A model generated the notes under the pieces. That model was given only the letters and a program-made list of their open reading frames with translations, made no database searches and was not told the DNA's origin. Both the position numbers and the translations under genes were made by a program. From positions 1 through 18,724 of the forward strand of contig JBKPAK010000217.1 of the NCBI GenBank assembly GCA_046726415.1: a stretch of 18,724 nt of DNA, read 5' to 3'. The number at the start of each line of letters is the position of its first letter. Position 1 is the first letter of the stretch. Below, in pieces: positions 7,754-16,485 of the stretch. The stretch is from Candidatus Methylomirabilota bacterium. GTDB lineage: Bacteria > Methylomirabilota > Methylomirabilia > Rokubacteriales > CSP1-6.

Positions 7754-8379
7754 TCATGCCCCTACAAGGTCGAAGCTCTCCGGCCGAGACGAACCTCCTC
7801 GATCGCCTGGCGGCCTTCGAACCGACCGGCGATCCCCGTGAGCCTCTACCTCGATAGCCGGCCAAGCAGCAGGGCCGATCCACCTGCGACGCGTTCGCCC
7901 GCAAGGAATTGGCGGCGCGAGCCGCCACCGCCCGGTCCTTGGCCCGCGTCAGCATGGAGACGGACATCGGGCGAATCGACGAGTATCTGCGCGGCGAGCT
8001 CCAGCCAGCCACGAATGGGCTGGCGCTGTTTCTCTGCGCCGGTGCCCACGGTTTCTTCGAAGCCGCCCGGTTCGAAGCTCCGTTCGAGCGCCATGAGCTG
8101 CATGTCGGCGCGCAGTCTCGAGGCGGCGGACTGGGCGTGGTATTGGGGGGGGGACGCGAGTCGCCCTCGAGGAGGGCGCGTGGACGAGCTGGTCATTGCC
8201 GCTTGGCCCGACGCGCTCACGGAGACCCCGACGACGCCGCGCAGGTGGCCGATACCCTGGTCACGACGGCGCGCCGGACGGCGGCGCAGGTGACGTTCAT
8301 CGAGGACTCGGCGTGGCTCCGCGCCATCGGTGGGTTGGGGGCCTTCCTTCGCTACCGGATGTCAGCGGGATTATGCTGA
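7750..8379 (+). pseudogene. Decayed bacterial aeRF1-like protein (baeRF/VLRF1-type), frameshifted and internally deleted
   Basis: Recognisable segments switch frames: LLDRLAAFEPTG / VSLYLDSRP / QQGR..FARKEL..RIDEYLRGELQPATNGLALFLCAG..FFEA..HELHVG / GGLGVV / ALEEG / RVDELVIA / ADTLVTTARRTAAQVTFIED..LRAIGGLGAFLRYR (eRF1 domain-3-like end). TAG at 7855 in the start frame. The middle domain appears to be missing. Confidence 0.75.
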
Positions 8380-8388
8380 CGCCATACC

Positions 8389-11181
8389 ATGGACAGCGTG
8401 TGGCTCCCCGGTCCCGCCAGTCTCCCGTTCGTCGAAGCGCTGTACCTGGCCTTTCTCCGCGATCCGGCCGCCGTATCGGCGGAGTGGCGGGCCTATTTCG
8501 AGCGCCTCCAGAATCAGGACGGGTCGAGCGGGCGCCTCCCCGGCCCGTCGTTCCGCCCCCGGTCCCTCTTCGATACCGGGGCGGCGACGACCGTCGACGA
8601 GCGCACCGCGGTCGAGATCGCGGCGCGACAGGACCGAGTCGATCGGCTGATCCGAACGTATCTGGTGCGCGGCCACCTGGTCGCGGCGATCGACCCTCTG
8701 GGTCGGCCGCGGCCGCCCCTCCCGGAGCTGGAGCCCTCGTTCTGGGGGTTCACCGAAGCTGACCTCGATCGCCGCTTCTCGCCCCACGGGATCCCCGGCG
8801 CCGAATCGCTCACCTTGCGGGAGATCGTGGAACGCCTCCGCGCGGCGTATGGCGGCTCGATCGGCGTGCAGTTCATGCACATCCACGATCGGACGCGGCG
8901 GCTCTGGATTCGCGAGCGGCTGGAAGGCCCCCAGCATCGCGTGCGCCTCACGCGCAAGGAGCAAGTGCGCATCCTCGGCCGCCTGACCGATGCGGTGATC
9001 TTCGAGGAGTTCGTTCAGCAGAAATATCCCGGGGCGACGAGTTTCTCGCTGGAAGGGGCGGAGAGCCTCATCCCGTTGCTGGACCTGGCCATCGAGGTGG
9101 CCGCCGAGCAGGAGATCGAGGAGATCGTGCTGGCCATGGCCCATCGCGGGCGCCTCAACGTGCTGGCCAACATCCTCGGAAAGCGGCCCCGCGAGATCTT
9201 TCGAGAATTCGAGGGCCGGGACGATCCCCTGCGCGAGGGCCGGGGCGATGTGAAATACCACCTCGGGCACAGCACCGACTGGGTGTCGGCGCTCGGGCGA
9301 AAGGTTCATCTTTCCCTGTGCTTCAATCCGAGCCACCTCGAATTCGTGAATCCCGTCGCGCTTGGACGGATACGGGCCAAGCAGGACCGCGTCGGGGACC
9401 GGGCCCGCGCGCGCGGCATGGCCCTGCTCATTCACGGGGACGCGTCCTTCGCGGCAGAGGGGATCATCCAGGAGTCGCTCAATCTGAGTGAGCTGGGGGG
9501 CTTTCGCACCGGTGGTACGCTTCACGTCGTCGTCAACAATCAGCTGGGCTTCACCACGACGCCCGAAGAGGCCCGGTCCTTTCCCTACGCCGCCGACGTG
9601 GCGAAGATGCTTCAGATTCCCATCTTCCACGTGAACGGCGAGGATCCCGAGGCGGTGGCGCAGGTCGTCCGGTTGTCGATGGATTTCCGGCGGATGTTCC
9701 AGAGCGACGTCGTCATCGACATGTACTGCTTCCGCCGTCGCGGGCACAACGAGGGTGATGAGCCCGCTTTCACCCAGCCGCAGATGTACCAGCTGATCGA
9801 GCGGCGTCCGACTGTCCGTGAGAGTTACCTCGACCACCTTCTCGCCCTTGGCGAGATCAGCCGCGAGGAGGGAGAGGAGATCGTCAGGGAACGGCGGGCC
9901 GAACTGGAGCGCGACCTGGCCGAGGCGCGCAGCGAGACGTACGTTCCGGCCCGCGAGCGACCCAGCGGAATCTGGAACGGGTACTACGGGGGCCCCGGCG
10001 GCGACGATGAAAGTGCCGAGACGGGTGTCGAGCCGGGCCGACTGGCCGCGCTGATCGAGGCGCTCACCCGGCTCCCCGAGGGCTTCCAGCCTCATTCCAC
10101 AATCAGCCGGGGACTGGCGCGCCGTCGGGAGATGGCCTCCTGCCGCCGGCCCATCGACTGGTCCACCGCCGAAGCGCTGGCCCTGGCGACGCTCGCGGTT
10201 GAGGGGCACCGCGTCCGTCTCTCCGGCCAGGACACCGTCCGGGGCACCTTCAGCCAGCGCCACGCGGCCCTCCACGACACCCGGGACGGCCGAATCCACG
10301 TTCCGCTCCAACACGTGGCGCCCGATCAGGCGACGGTGGAGATCTATAACAGTCCCCTGTCAGAGGCGGGAGTGCTGGGCTTCGAATATGGTTACAGCCT
10401 CGACTGCCCGGACGGGTTCGTGGCGTGGGAGGCGCAGTACGGCGACTTCGTGAACGCGGCCCAGGTGATCATCGACCAGTTCATCGTGAGCGCGGAGGAG
10501 AAGTGGCAACGGCTGAGCGGGCTGGTGCTCCTCTTGCCGCACGGGTTCGAGGGGCAGGGCCCGGAGCATTCGAGTGCTCGCCTCGAGCGGTTCCTGGAGC
10601 TGGCGGTGAACGATAACATCCAGGTGGCGAATCCGACGACGCCGGCCCAGTACTTTCACCTGCTGAGGCGTCAGGTCGTGCGCCGGTGGCGCAAACCGCT
10701 GGTCGTCATGACGCCCAAGAGCCTCCTGCGCCATCCGCGTGTGGCCTCCACGCTCGACGAGCTGGAGGGTGGGCGCTTCCACCCGATCCTTTCCGATGGC
10801 GAGCGCGATGCGGCAGGCGTCACGCGGGTGCTCCTGTGCAGTGGCAAGGTCTATTACGACCTGCGCGCGCTGCGCGACGAAGAGCGCCGCGATGACGTGG
10901 CGATTCTGCGGATCGAGCAGCTCTATCCCCTGCGGGACGAGATGCTGCGGGACGCGCTGGCGCCCTATCGCCCGCACACCCCGGTGGTCTGGGTGCAGGA
11001 GGAACCGGTGAACATGGGCGCGTGGCGATATCTTCTGGCGCGATTCGGCGATGCCTTGCGCGAGACCTTGCCGTTCTCCGCCGTGTGCCGGCCGGCGTCG
11101 GCCAGTCCGGCCACGGGATGGAGCGCTCGCCACAAGGCGGAACAAACGAGGCTGTTGAGGGCGGCGCTCGATGGCCATTGA
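8389..11181 (+). CDS. sucA: 2-oxoglutarate dehydrogenase E1 component
   Basis: FSLEGAE, MAHRGRLN, GDVKYHLG, NPSHLE, HGDA..NNQ (ThDP motif), GHNEGDEP, RLSGQD..RGTFSQRH, WEAQYGDF, LPHGFEGQGPEHSSARLERFL. Confidence 0.97.
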   Translation: MDSVWLPGPASLPFVEALYLAFLRDPAAVSAEWRAYFERLQNQDGSSGRLPGPSFRPRSLFDTGAATTVDERTAVEIAARQDRVDRLIRTYLVRGHLVAAIDPLGRPRPPLPELEPSFWGFTEADLDRRFSPHGIPGAESLTLREIVERLRAAYGGSIGVQFMHIHDRTRRLWIRERLEGPQHRVRLTRKEQVRILGRLTDAVIFEEFVQQKYPGATSFSLEGAESLIPLLDLAIEVAAEQEIEEIVLAMAHRGRLNVLANILGKRPREIFREFEGRDDPLREGRGDVKYHLGHSTDWVSALGRKVHLSLCFNPSHLEFVNPVALGRIRAKQDRVGDRARARGMALLIHGDASFAAEGIIQESLNLSELGGFRTGGTLHVVVNNQLGFTTTPEEARSFPYAADVAKMLQIPIFHVNGEDPEAVAQVVRLSMDFRRMFQSDVVIDMYCFRRRGHNEGDEPAFTQPQMYQLIERRPTVRESYLDHLLALGEISREEGEEIVRERRAELERDLAEARSETYVPARERPSGIWNGYYGGPGGDDESAETGVEPGRLAALIEALTRLPEGFQPHSTISRGLARRREMASCRRPIDWSTAEALALATLAVEGHRVRLSGQDTVRGTFSQRHAALHDTRDGRIHVPLQHVAPDQATVEIYNSPLSEAGVLGFEYGYSLDCPDGFVAWEAQYGDFVNAAQVIIDQFIVSAEEKWQRLSGLVLLLPHGFEGQGPEHSSARLERFLELAVNDNIQVANPTTPAQYFHLLRRQVVRRWRKPLVVMTPKSLLRHPRVASTLDELEGGRFHPILSDGERDAAGVTRVLLCSGKVYYDLRALRDEERRDDVAILRIEQLYPLRDEMLRDALAPYRPHTPVVWVQEEPVNMGAWRYLLARFGDALRETLPFSAVCRPASASPATGWSARHKAEQTRLLRAALDGH

Positions 11182-12529
11182 GGTCAAGGTCCCGGCCGTC
11201 GGGGAATCGATCACCGAGGTCGTCATCGCCGACTGGCTGAAGGCGCCAGGCGAGCGCGTGCGTCAGGACGAGCCGCTGGTGACGCTCGAAACGGACAAGG
11301 CGACCCTGGATCTTCCCGCTCCCGCGTCGGGGGTTCTCGTCCGCCTGGTGAAGAATCAGGGCGAGATCGCCAAGATCGGCGAGGTGATCGCGTATCTCGA
11401 CGAGGCGGCCGTTGCGGCCGAAGCCCCGCCGCCGGTAACCGCGCCGGGCTCGACGAAAGAGGGGGCACCACCCCCGACCCCTGCGGCTGCCCCTGCCGAG
11501 CCGCGAGTGATGCCGGCGGCGCGTCGTCTGATCGCGGAGCGCGGTGTCGAGGTTAATCAGCTGACTGCCACCGGGCCGGGCGGCCGGGTGCTTAAAGAGG
11601 ACGTTCTCCGCGATCTCCAGGCGGAGCAGGCGGCACCTGTGCGCCAGCAGCCGCTTGCGGCCCCAGCCGCGGGGCCGGGAACTGCTGCCGAGACGCCGAG
11701 CCCGCCCCGCGTCGCGCCGACCGGAGCTCGCGCAGGAGAAGTTGCGCCGACCGGGGCTCGCGCAGGAGAAGTCGCGCCGAAGGCCAGAGGCGCTCGCCGA
11801 GAACAAGCCGCGCTGAAAGCCACGAGCGCTCGCGAGGAAGAAGTCGTACCGATGAGCATGCTTCGGCGTCGGGTCGGCGAGCGGCTCGTCCAGGCCCAGC
11901 AGAACGCGGCGCTGCTGACGACTTTCAACGAGATCGACATGTCCGCGGTGATCGCCCTCCGACGCGCCCACCAAGACGCCTTCCAGCAGCGCTATCAAGT
12001 CAAGCTCGGATTCATGTCGTTTTTTGTCAAGGCAGTCATTGAAGCCCTCAAGCTGGTCCCCGGGTTGAACGCCGAGATTCGGGGCACCGACATCGTCTAC
12101 CGCAACTACTACGACATCGGCATCGCCGTGGGTGGCGGGCGTGGGCTCGTGGTTCCCGTGCTGCGCAGCGCCGAGCGGCTCAGTCTCGCGGAGGTCGAGC
12201 GCGCCATCGCCGACTTCGCCCAGCGCGCGGAGGCCAACCGGCTGACCCTGGAGGACTTGCAAGGCGGTACGTTCACCATTTCCAACGGCGGCGTGTACGG
12301 CTCCCTGCTGTCGACGCCCATCGTCAACCCGCCGCAGAGCGGCGTTCTGGGGCTCCACGTGATCCAGGATCGCCCGGTGGCCAGAGACGGTCAGGTCGCG
12401 ATCCGACCGATGATGTACGTGGCCCTGACCTACGATCACCGGATCGTCGATGGTCGCGAAGCGGTGACTTTCCTGCGCCACGTCAAGGGCTGCGTCGAAG
12501 AACCCGCCCGCATCTTGCTCGAGGTCTGA
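11171..12529 (+). CDS. sucB: Dihydrolipoyllysine succinyltransferase (E2)
   Basis: Single lipoyl domain (LETDKA), E3-binding domain (TGPGGRVLKEDV), LTTFNEIDMS, KLGFMSFF and catalytic DHRIVDG. Overlaps the end of sucA. Confidence 0.97.
   Translation: MAIEVKVPAVGESITEVVIADWLKAPGERVRQDEPLVTLETDKATLDLPAPASGVLVRLVKNQGEIAKIGEVIAYLDEAAVAAEAPPPVTAPGSTKEGAPPPTPAAAPAEPRVMPAARRLIAERGVEVNQLTATGPGGRVLKEDVLRDLQAEQAAPVRQQPLAAPAAGPGTAAETPSPPRVAPTGARAGEVAPTGARAGEVAPKARGARREQAALKATSAREEEVVPMSMLRRRVGERLVQAQQNAALLTTFNEIDMSAVIALRRAHQDAFQQRYQVKLGFMSFFVKAVIEALKLVPGLNAEIRGTDIVYRNYYDIGIAVGGGRGLVVPVLRSAERLSLAEVERAIADFAQRAEANRLTLEDLQGGTFTISNGGVYGSLLSTPIVNPPQSGVLGLHVIQDRPVARDGQVAIRPMMYVALTYDHRIVDGREAVTFLRHVKGCVEEPARILLEV
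11711..11780 (+). repeat. In-frame 30-bp tandem repeat in the sucB linker (VAPTGARAGE x2 plus a partial copy)
   Basis: gtcgcgccgaccggagctcgcgcaggagaa / gttgcgccgaccggggctcgcgcaggagaa / gtcgcgccga, with two synonymous differences between the full units. Confidence 0.92.
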
Positions 12530-12531
12530 CC

Positions 12532-13923
12532 GTGGCCCCGACGGAGCACGATCTCGTCGTCATCGGCGGGGGGCCCGGCGGTTACGTCGCCGCCATCAGG
12601 GCTGCCCAACTCGGCATGAACGTGGCCTGTGTCGAGCGAGAGCCGGCCCTGGGCGGGACCTGCCTCCGGGTGGGATGCATCCCCAGCAAGGCTCTGCTGG
12701 AGTCGAGCGAGTTGTTCGCGTCCTCGCGAGACGACTTGACGGCTCACGGTATCAACGTCGGCGGGCTGACCCTGGATCTGCACGCCATGCTGCGGCGGAA
12801 GGATGAGATCGTCCACGGGCTCACGCGAGGCATCGACAGCCTGTTCCGGAAGAATCGAATCACGCGTTACACCGGGCACGGCCGGATCGCCGCTCGCCGC
12901 GAAGTCGTCGTTCAGAACGGCAAGGAGGCGATTGCCGTCAGGGCGCGGCGCATCCTCATCGCGACGGGGAGCCGGCCCGCCCCGCTCCCCGGCGCCGCGC
13001 TGGACGGAGATCGCATCGGCACGAGCACAGAGGCGTTGAGCTACCCCGAGATACCCCGTCATCTGATCGTGGTGGGCGGGGGATACATAGGACTCGAGCT
13101 AGGCTCGGTGTGGAGGCGACTCGGCGCGACAGTCACCGTGGTCGAGTTCCTCGACCGAATCCTGCCGGGAATGGATGGAGAGATCGCCGCCGAGGCCAAG
13201 CGGGTCTTCGAGAAGCAAGGGCTCGAGTTCCGGCTGGCCAGCCGCGTGGTCTGCGCCCGGGTCGAGGGGACGCAGTGCCTCGTCGAGTTCGAAGGTGCTG
13301 AGCCACTCCGCTGCGATCGCGTCCTCGTGGCGGTGGGGCGCCACCCCATGACCGAGGGGCTCGGGCTGGACTCGGTGGGAATCACCGTCGACGACACGGG
13401 GCGGATCGGCGTGGACGAGCGGTTCGCCACGTCGGCGGACGGCATCTACGCCGTCGGCGATGTCATTCCCGGCCCCATGCTGGCTCACAAGGCGCAGGAC
13501 GAGGGCATTGCCTGCGCGGAATCGCTGGCCGGCCACTATGGATACGTCAACTACGGAGCCATTCCCGCCGTCGTCTACACCTCGCCCGAGATCGCGTCGG
13601 TGGGGAGGACCGAAGAAGAACTTCAAAGTGCCGGCGTGGACTATCGGCGGGGTCATTTCCCATTCGCGGCCAACGGCCGCGCGCGGATCCTGGGCCATAC
13701 CGACGGTCGGATCAAGGTACTCGCCGACAGGAAGACCGATCGCGTGCTCGGCGTCCACATGCTGGGACCGCGGGCCGGCGATTTGATCGCCGAGGCGGCC
13801 GCCGCGATGGAGTTCGGCGCGAGCAGCGAGGACATCGCACGCACCTGCCACGCGCATCCCACCTTGGCCGAAACGCTGCGTGAAGCGGCTCTCGCTGTGG
13901 ACGGCCGCGCGCTGCATACCTGA
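12532..13923 (+). CDS. lpdA: Dihydrolipoyl dehydrogenase (E3)
   Basis: GGGPGGY, GGTCLRVGCIPSK redox disulfide, GGGYIGLE, MLAHKA and HAHPTLAE. GTG start 2 nt after the sucB stop. Confidence 0.97.
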   Translation: MAPTEHDLVVIGGGPGGYVAAIRAAQLGMNVACVEREPALGGTCLRVGCIPSKALLESSELFASSRDDLTAHGINVGGLTLDLHAMLRRKDEIVHGLTRGIDSLFRKNRITRYTGHGRIAARREVVVQNGKEAIAVRARRILIATGSRPAPLPGAALDGDRIGTSTEALSYPEIPRHLIVVGGGYIGLELGSVWRRLGATVTVVEFLDRILPGMDGEIAAEAKRVFEKQGLEFRLASRVVCARVEGTQCLVEFEGAEPLRCDRVLVAVGRHPMTEGLGLDSVGITVDDTGRIGVDERFATSADGIYAVGDVIPGPMLAHKAQDEGIACAESLAGHYGYVNYGAIPAVVYTSPEIASVGRTEEELQSAGVDYRRGHFPFAANGRARILGHTDGRIKVLADRKTDRVLGVHMLGPRAGDLIAEAAAAMEFGASSEDIARTCHAHPTLAETLREAALAVDGRALHT

Positions 13924-13926
13924 CAT

Positions 13927-13945
13927 GAGGGCCTCGAAGGCCTTC
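13927..13945 (+). terminator. Short stem-loop after lpdA
   Basis: gagggcct-cga-aggccttc, an 8-bp stem with one G-U pair, 4 nt after the stop. No U-tract. Confidence 0.3.
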
Positions 13946-14147
13946 CAGTAGGCTCGTCGACCGCGCCTTCGGGTCCCACAAAAGAGGAGCAATCGAGTTT
14001 GAAGAATCTACAGACCAGGAAGACGCGCCCCTCAACGACGACGTTTAAACGTGCCTTGTGGGGCATGGGCACTGGCATTGGCCTCGAACCCGCCGCGGCC
14101 TCGAGCGAGGGCTCGCGGCAATTGCCGACAGGGGAGGCGACGCAATC

Positions 14148-15725
14148 ATGAGCAGACAGACCTCAGGAAAGCGCGGGCTCCAGTCCACGGCTCGGAAGCG
14201 CGCATCCACGCGCCATGGGTTGGCTCCCATCCCGGCGACGCGCCCGGTGCCGGGCGCGTTCGGCGTCGACTCGCGCGCGAAGCGGTCTCGCACCACGGCC
14301 CGGCCTGTGACGAGGGCGTCGGCCCGCTCCCAACGGAGGATCGCGAGCGTGAATCCGGCGACGGGGGACGTGCTGATGACCTACGACGCGCTCACCACCG
14401 ACGCGCTTGACCGAAAGATCGCCCAAGCCGCCGCCGCATTTCGCGGCTGTCGGAGGACGTCCATCGAGGAACGCGGTCGCTTGCTTCGGCGCGTAGCGGA
14501 CATTCTGGACGAAGAGCGGCCGTCCCTGGCCCGGCTGATGACGCTCGAAATGGGTAAGCCGATCAAGGCCGCCCTCGACGAGGTCGCCAAGTGCGGATGG
14601 GTCTGTCGGCACTATGCACAGCACGGGGAGGCCCTCCTCGCCGACGAGCCGATCGCCATCGAGCACCAGCGAAGCTTCGTCCGCTACCAGCCCCTGGGTC
14701 CGGTGCTGGCCGTGATGCCCTGGAATTTCCCCTTCTGGCAGGTGTTCCGCTTTGCCGCGCCGGCCCTGATGGCTGGCAACGTGGCCCTGCTGAAGCACGC
14801 GTCCAACGTTCCGCAGTGCGCGGTGGCCATCGAAAAGCTGTTCGCGCGGGCTGGGTTCTCCACCGGCGCGTTCCAGACGCTCCTCATCGAGGCCGCGCAG
14901 GTGTCCCAAGTCATCGATGACGCGCGAGTGGCCGCGGTGACTCTCACCGGCAGCGAAGAGGCCGGCAGCCAGGTGGCGGGCCGCGCCGGCTCGAGGATCA
15001 AGAAGACTGTTCTCGAGCTTGGGGGCAGCGACCCCTTCATCGTGATGCCCAGCGCCGATCTGGACGCGGCCGTGGCGACGGCGGTTCGAGCGCGGACCAT
15101 CAACAATGGGCAGTCGTGCATCGCCGCCAAGCGCTTCATCGTCGCGGAGCCGATCGCCGAGGAGTTCGAGCGCCGCATCGTCCGTGGCCTCGAGGCGCTG
15201 AAGATTGGTGACCCGCTCGATCCGGCAACCGATATCGGCCCGCTCGCCACGAAGGACATTCGAGCCGGGCTCCACGCCCAGGTGGAGAAGTCTATCGCGG
15301 CGGGGGCGCGGTTGCTGGCGGGCGGCCGACCTCTATCCGGGCGCGGCTTTTTCTATCCTCCCACCGTCCTGAGCGACATCCCTCCTGAGGCGCCGGCTGC
15401 TCGCGAGGAGCTCTTCGGTCCCGTCGCCGCGCTGTTCCGTGCGCGGGATGCCGCCGACGCCATCCGTCTGGCCAATGACACGGACTTCGGTCTCGGCGCC
15501 TCCGTCTGGACCTGCGACGAGGCCGAGGGCGAGCGTTTCGTGGAGGAGATCGAGGCGGGCCTGGTGTTCGTCAACGGCATGGTGGCCTCGGATCCTCGCC
15601 TCCCGTTCGGCGGCGTCAAACGGTCGGGCTATGGTCGCGAGCTGGGCGCGTTCGGTCTCCGCGAATTCGTCAACATCAAGACCATTGTGATGAAGGGGGC
15701 GGCCACGTCCACGGCCACCGAGTGA
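14148..15725 (+). CDS. gabD: NAD(P)-dependent succinate-semialdehyde dehydrogenase-like ALDH (GabD1/Sad subfamily)
   Basis: [88 protein letters not shown]. Start chosen at ATG 14148 (GGGGAGG SD); GTG 14349 (GGAGG SD) is an alternative. Substrate is assigned by subfamily only. Confidence 0.82.
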   Translation: MSRQTSGKRGLQSTARKRASTRHGLAPIPATRPVPGAFGVDSRAKRSRTTARPVTRASARSQRRIASVNPATGDVLMTYDALTTDALDRKIAQAAAAFRGCRRTSIEERGRLLRRVADILDEERPSLARLMTLEMGKPIKAALDEVAKCGWVCRHYAQHGEALLADEPIAIEHQRSFVRYQPLGPVLAVMPWNFPFWQVFRFAAPALMAGNVALLKHASNVPQCAVAIEKLFARAGFSTGAFQTLLIEAAQVSQVIDDARVAAVTLTGSEEAGSQVAGRAGSRIKKTVLELGGSDPFIVMPSADLDAAVATAVRARTINNGQSCIAAKRFIVAEPIAEEFERRIVRGLEALKIGDPLDPATDIGPLATKDIRAGLHAQVEKSIAAGARLLAGGRPLSGRGFFYPPTVLSDIPPEAPAAREELFGPVAALFRARDAADAIRLANDTDFGLGASVWTCDEAEGERFVEEIEAGLVFVNGMVASDPRLPFGGVKRSGYGRELGAFGLREFVNIKTIVMKGAATSTATE

Positions 15726-15762
15726 AAGCGTCAAGATCTACGTCGTGCGGTTGCCGACGTCG

Positions 15763-15793
15763 CGGCCCGCTCCGGCTTAGCCGGAGCGGGCCG
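15763..15793. terminator. Strong inverted repeat between convergent genes, likely bidirectional terminator or REP-like hairpin
   Basis: cggcccgctccggct-t-agccggagcgggccg: 15-bp perfect arms between the stops at 15725 (+) and 15820 (-). Confidence 0.65.
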
Positions 15794-15819
15794 AGCATTG
15801 GGGCTGGGGCCATTCGGGC

Positions 15820-16455
15820 CTAAGCCACGCGTTGCTGGGCGAGGGGATGAGCCAGGCGCCGCTCCACCGCCTCCCAGGCGATGTTGGCGAAAAAGGCCTC
15901 GATGTATTTCGAGCGTTCAGACGGCTTGTAGTCCAGGAGAAAGGCGTGTTCCCACACGTCCATCACGAGTACCGGCCGGAAGCCCGCTATATTGCCAACC
16001 TCGTGCAAGGTGATCCAGTGATTCGACAGGCGACCGCTGGTCGGATCCTGGTAACAGATGGCCCAGCCTACCCCGCGCATCTTTCCGATGCTGACGAAGT
16101 CCGTCTTCCAGACATTCCAGGAGCCGAAGCTCGCCTCGGCGGCCTGGCGAAACGGCGAGCGCGCGGTTGGCTCGCTCGCCCCGCCCCGCTGCATGTTCGA
16201 GAAGTACAGTTCGTGGAGCACCATCCCGTTGTACTCGAACCCGAGCCGCCGGGTCAGCTCTGAGTAGGCCGGCATCTCTTCCTGGTCGACCGTGCCATCG
16301 CGGAGGAACGTCGCGATACGTTCGGTCAACCGGTTCGTTTCCTGGACATAGCCCTCGTACAGCTTGAAGTGGAGATCGAGCGTTTCGTCGGAGATGCCGT
16401 GCAGACCACTGAGGTCGAACGGCTGGACTTTGTACGTCGTCGGTGTCTTGTTCAT
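15820..16455 (-). CDS. Fe/Mn superoxide dismutase family protein (atypical, ChrC-like pattern)
   Basis: Putative metal ligands in LHFKLYEGYV, LHELYF and MDVWEHAF; FGSW..WK and GWA motifs. GGAGG SD. Confidence 0.88.
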   Translation of the reverse strand: MNKTPTTYKVQPFDLSGLHGISDETLDLHFKLYEGYVQETNRLTERIATFLRDGTVDQEEMPAYSELTRRLGFEYNGMVLHELYFSNMQRGGASEPTARSPFRQAAEASFGSWNVWKTDFVSIGKMRGVGWAICYQDPTSGRLSNHWITLHEVGNIAGFRPVLVMDVWEHAFLLDYKPSERSKYIEAFFANIAWEAVERRLAHPLAQQRVA

Positions 16456-16485
16456 TGGGACGTCACCTCCCCACCTGTGCGAGAT

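Noticed and set aside
8145-8153. G9 tract as a phase-variation switch
   Set aside because: It lies in a gene with several other frameshifts and a large deletion, so changing the tract length could not restore function.
8371-10314. 647-aa minus-strand ORF, and similar long ORFs at 10820-12481, 13099-13992 and 14163-15275
   Set aside because: Antisense shadows of sucA, sucB, lpdA and the ALDH gene, expected from GC-rich codon bias. No recognisable motifs.
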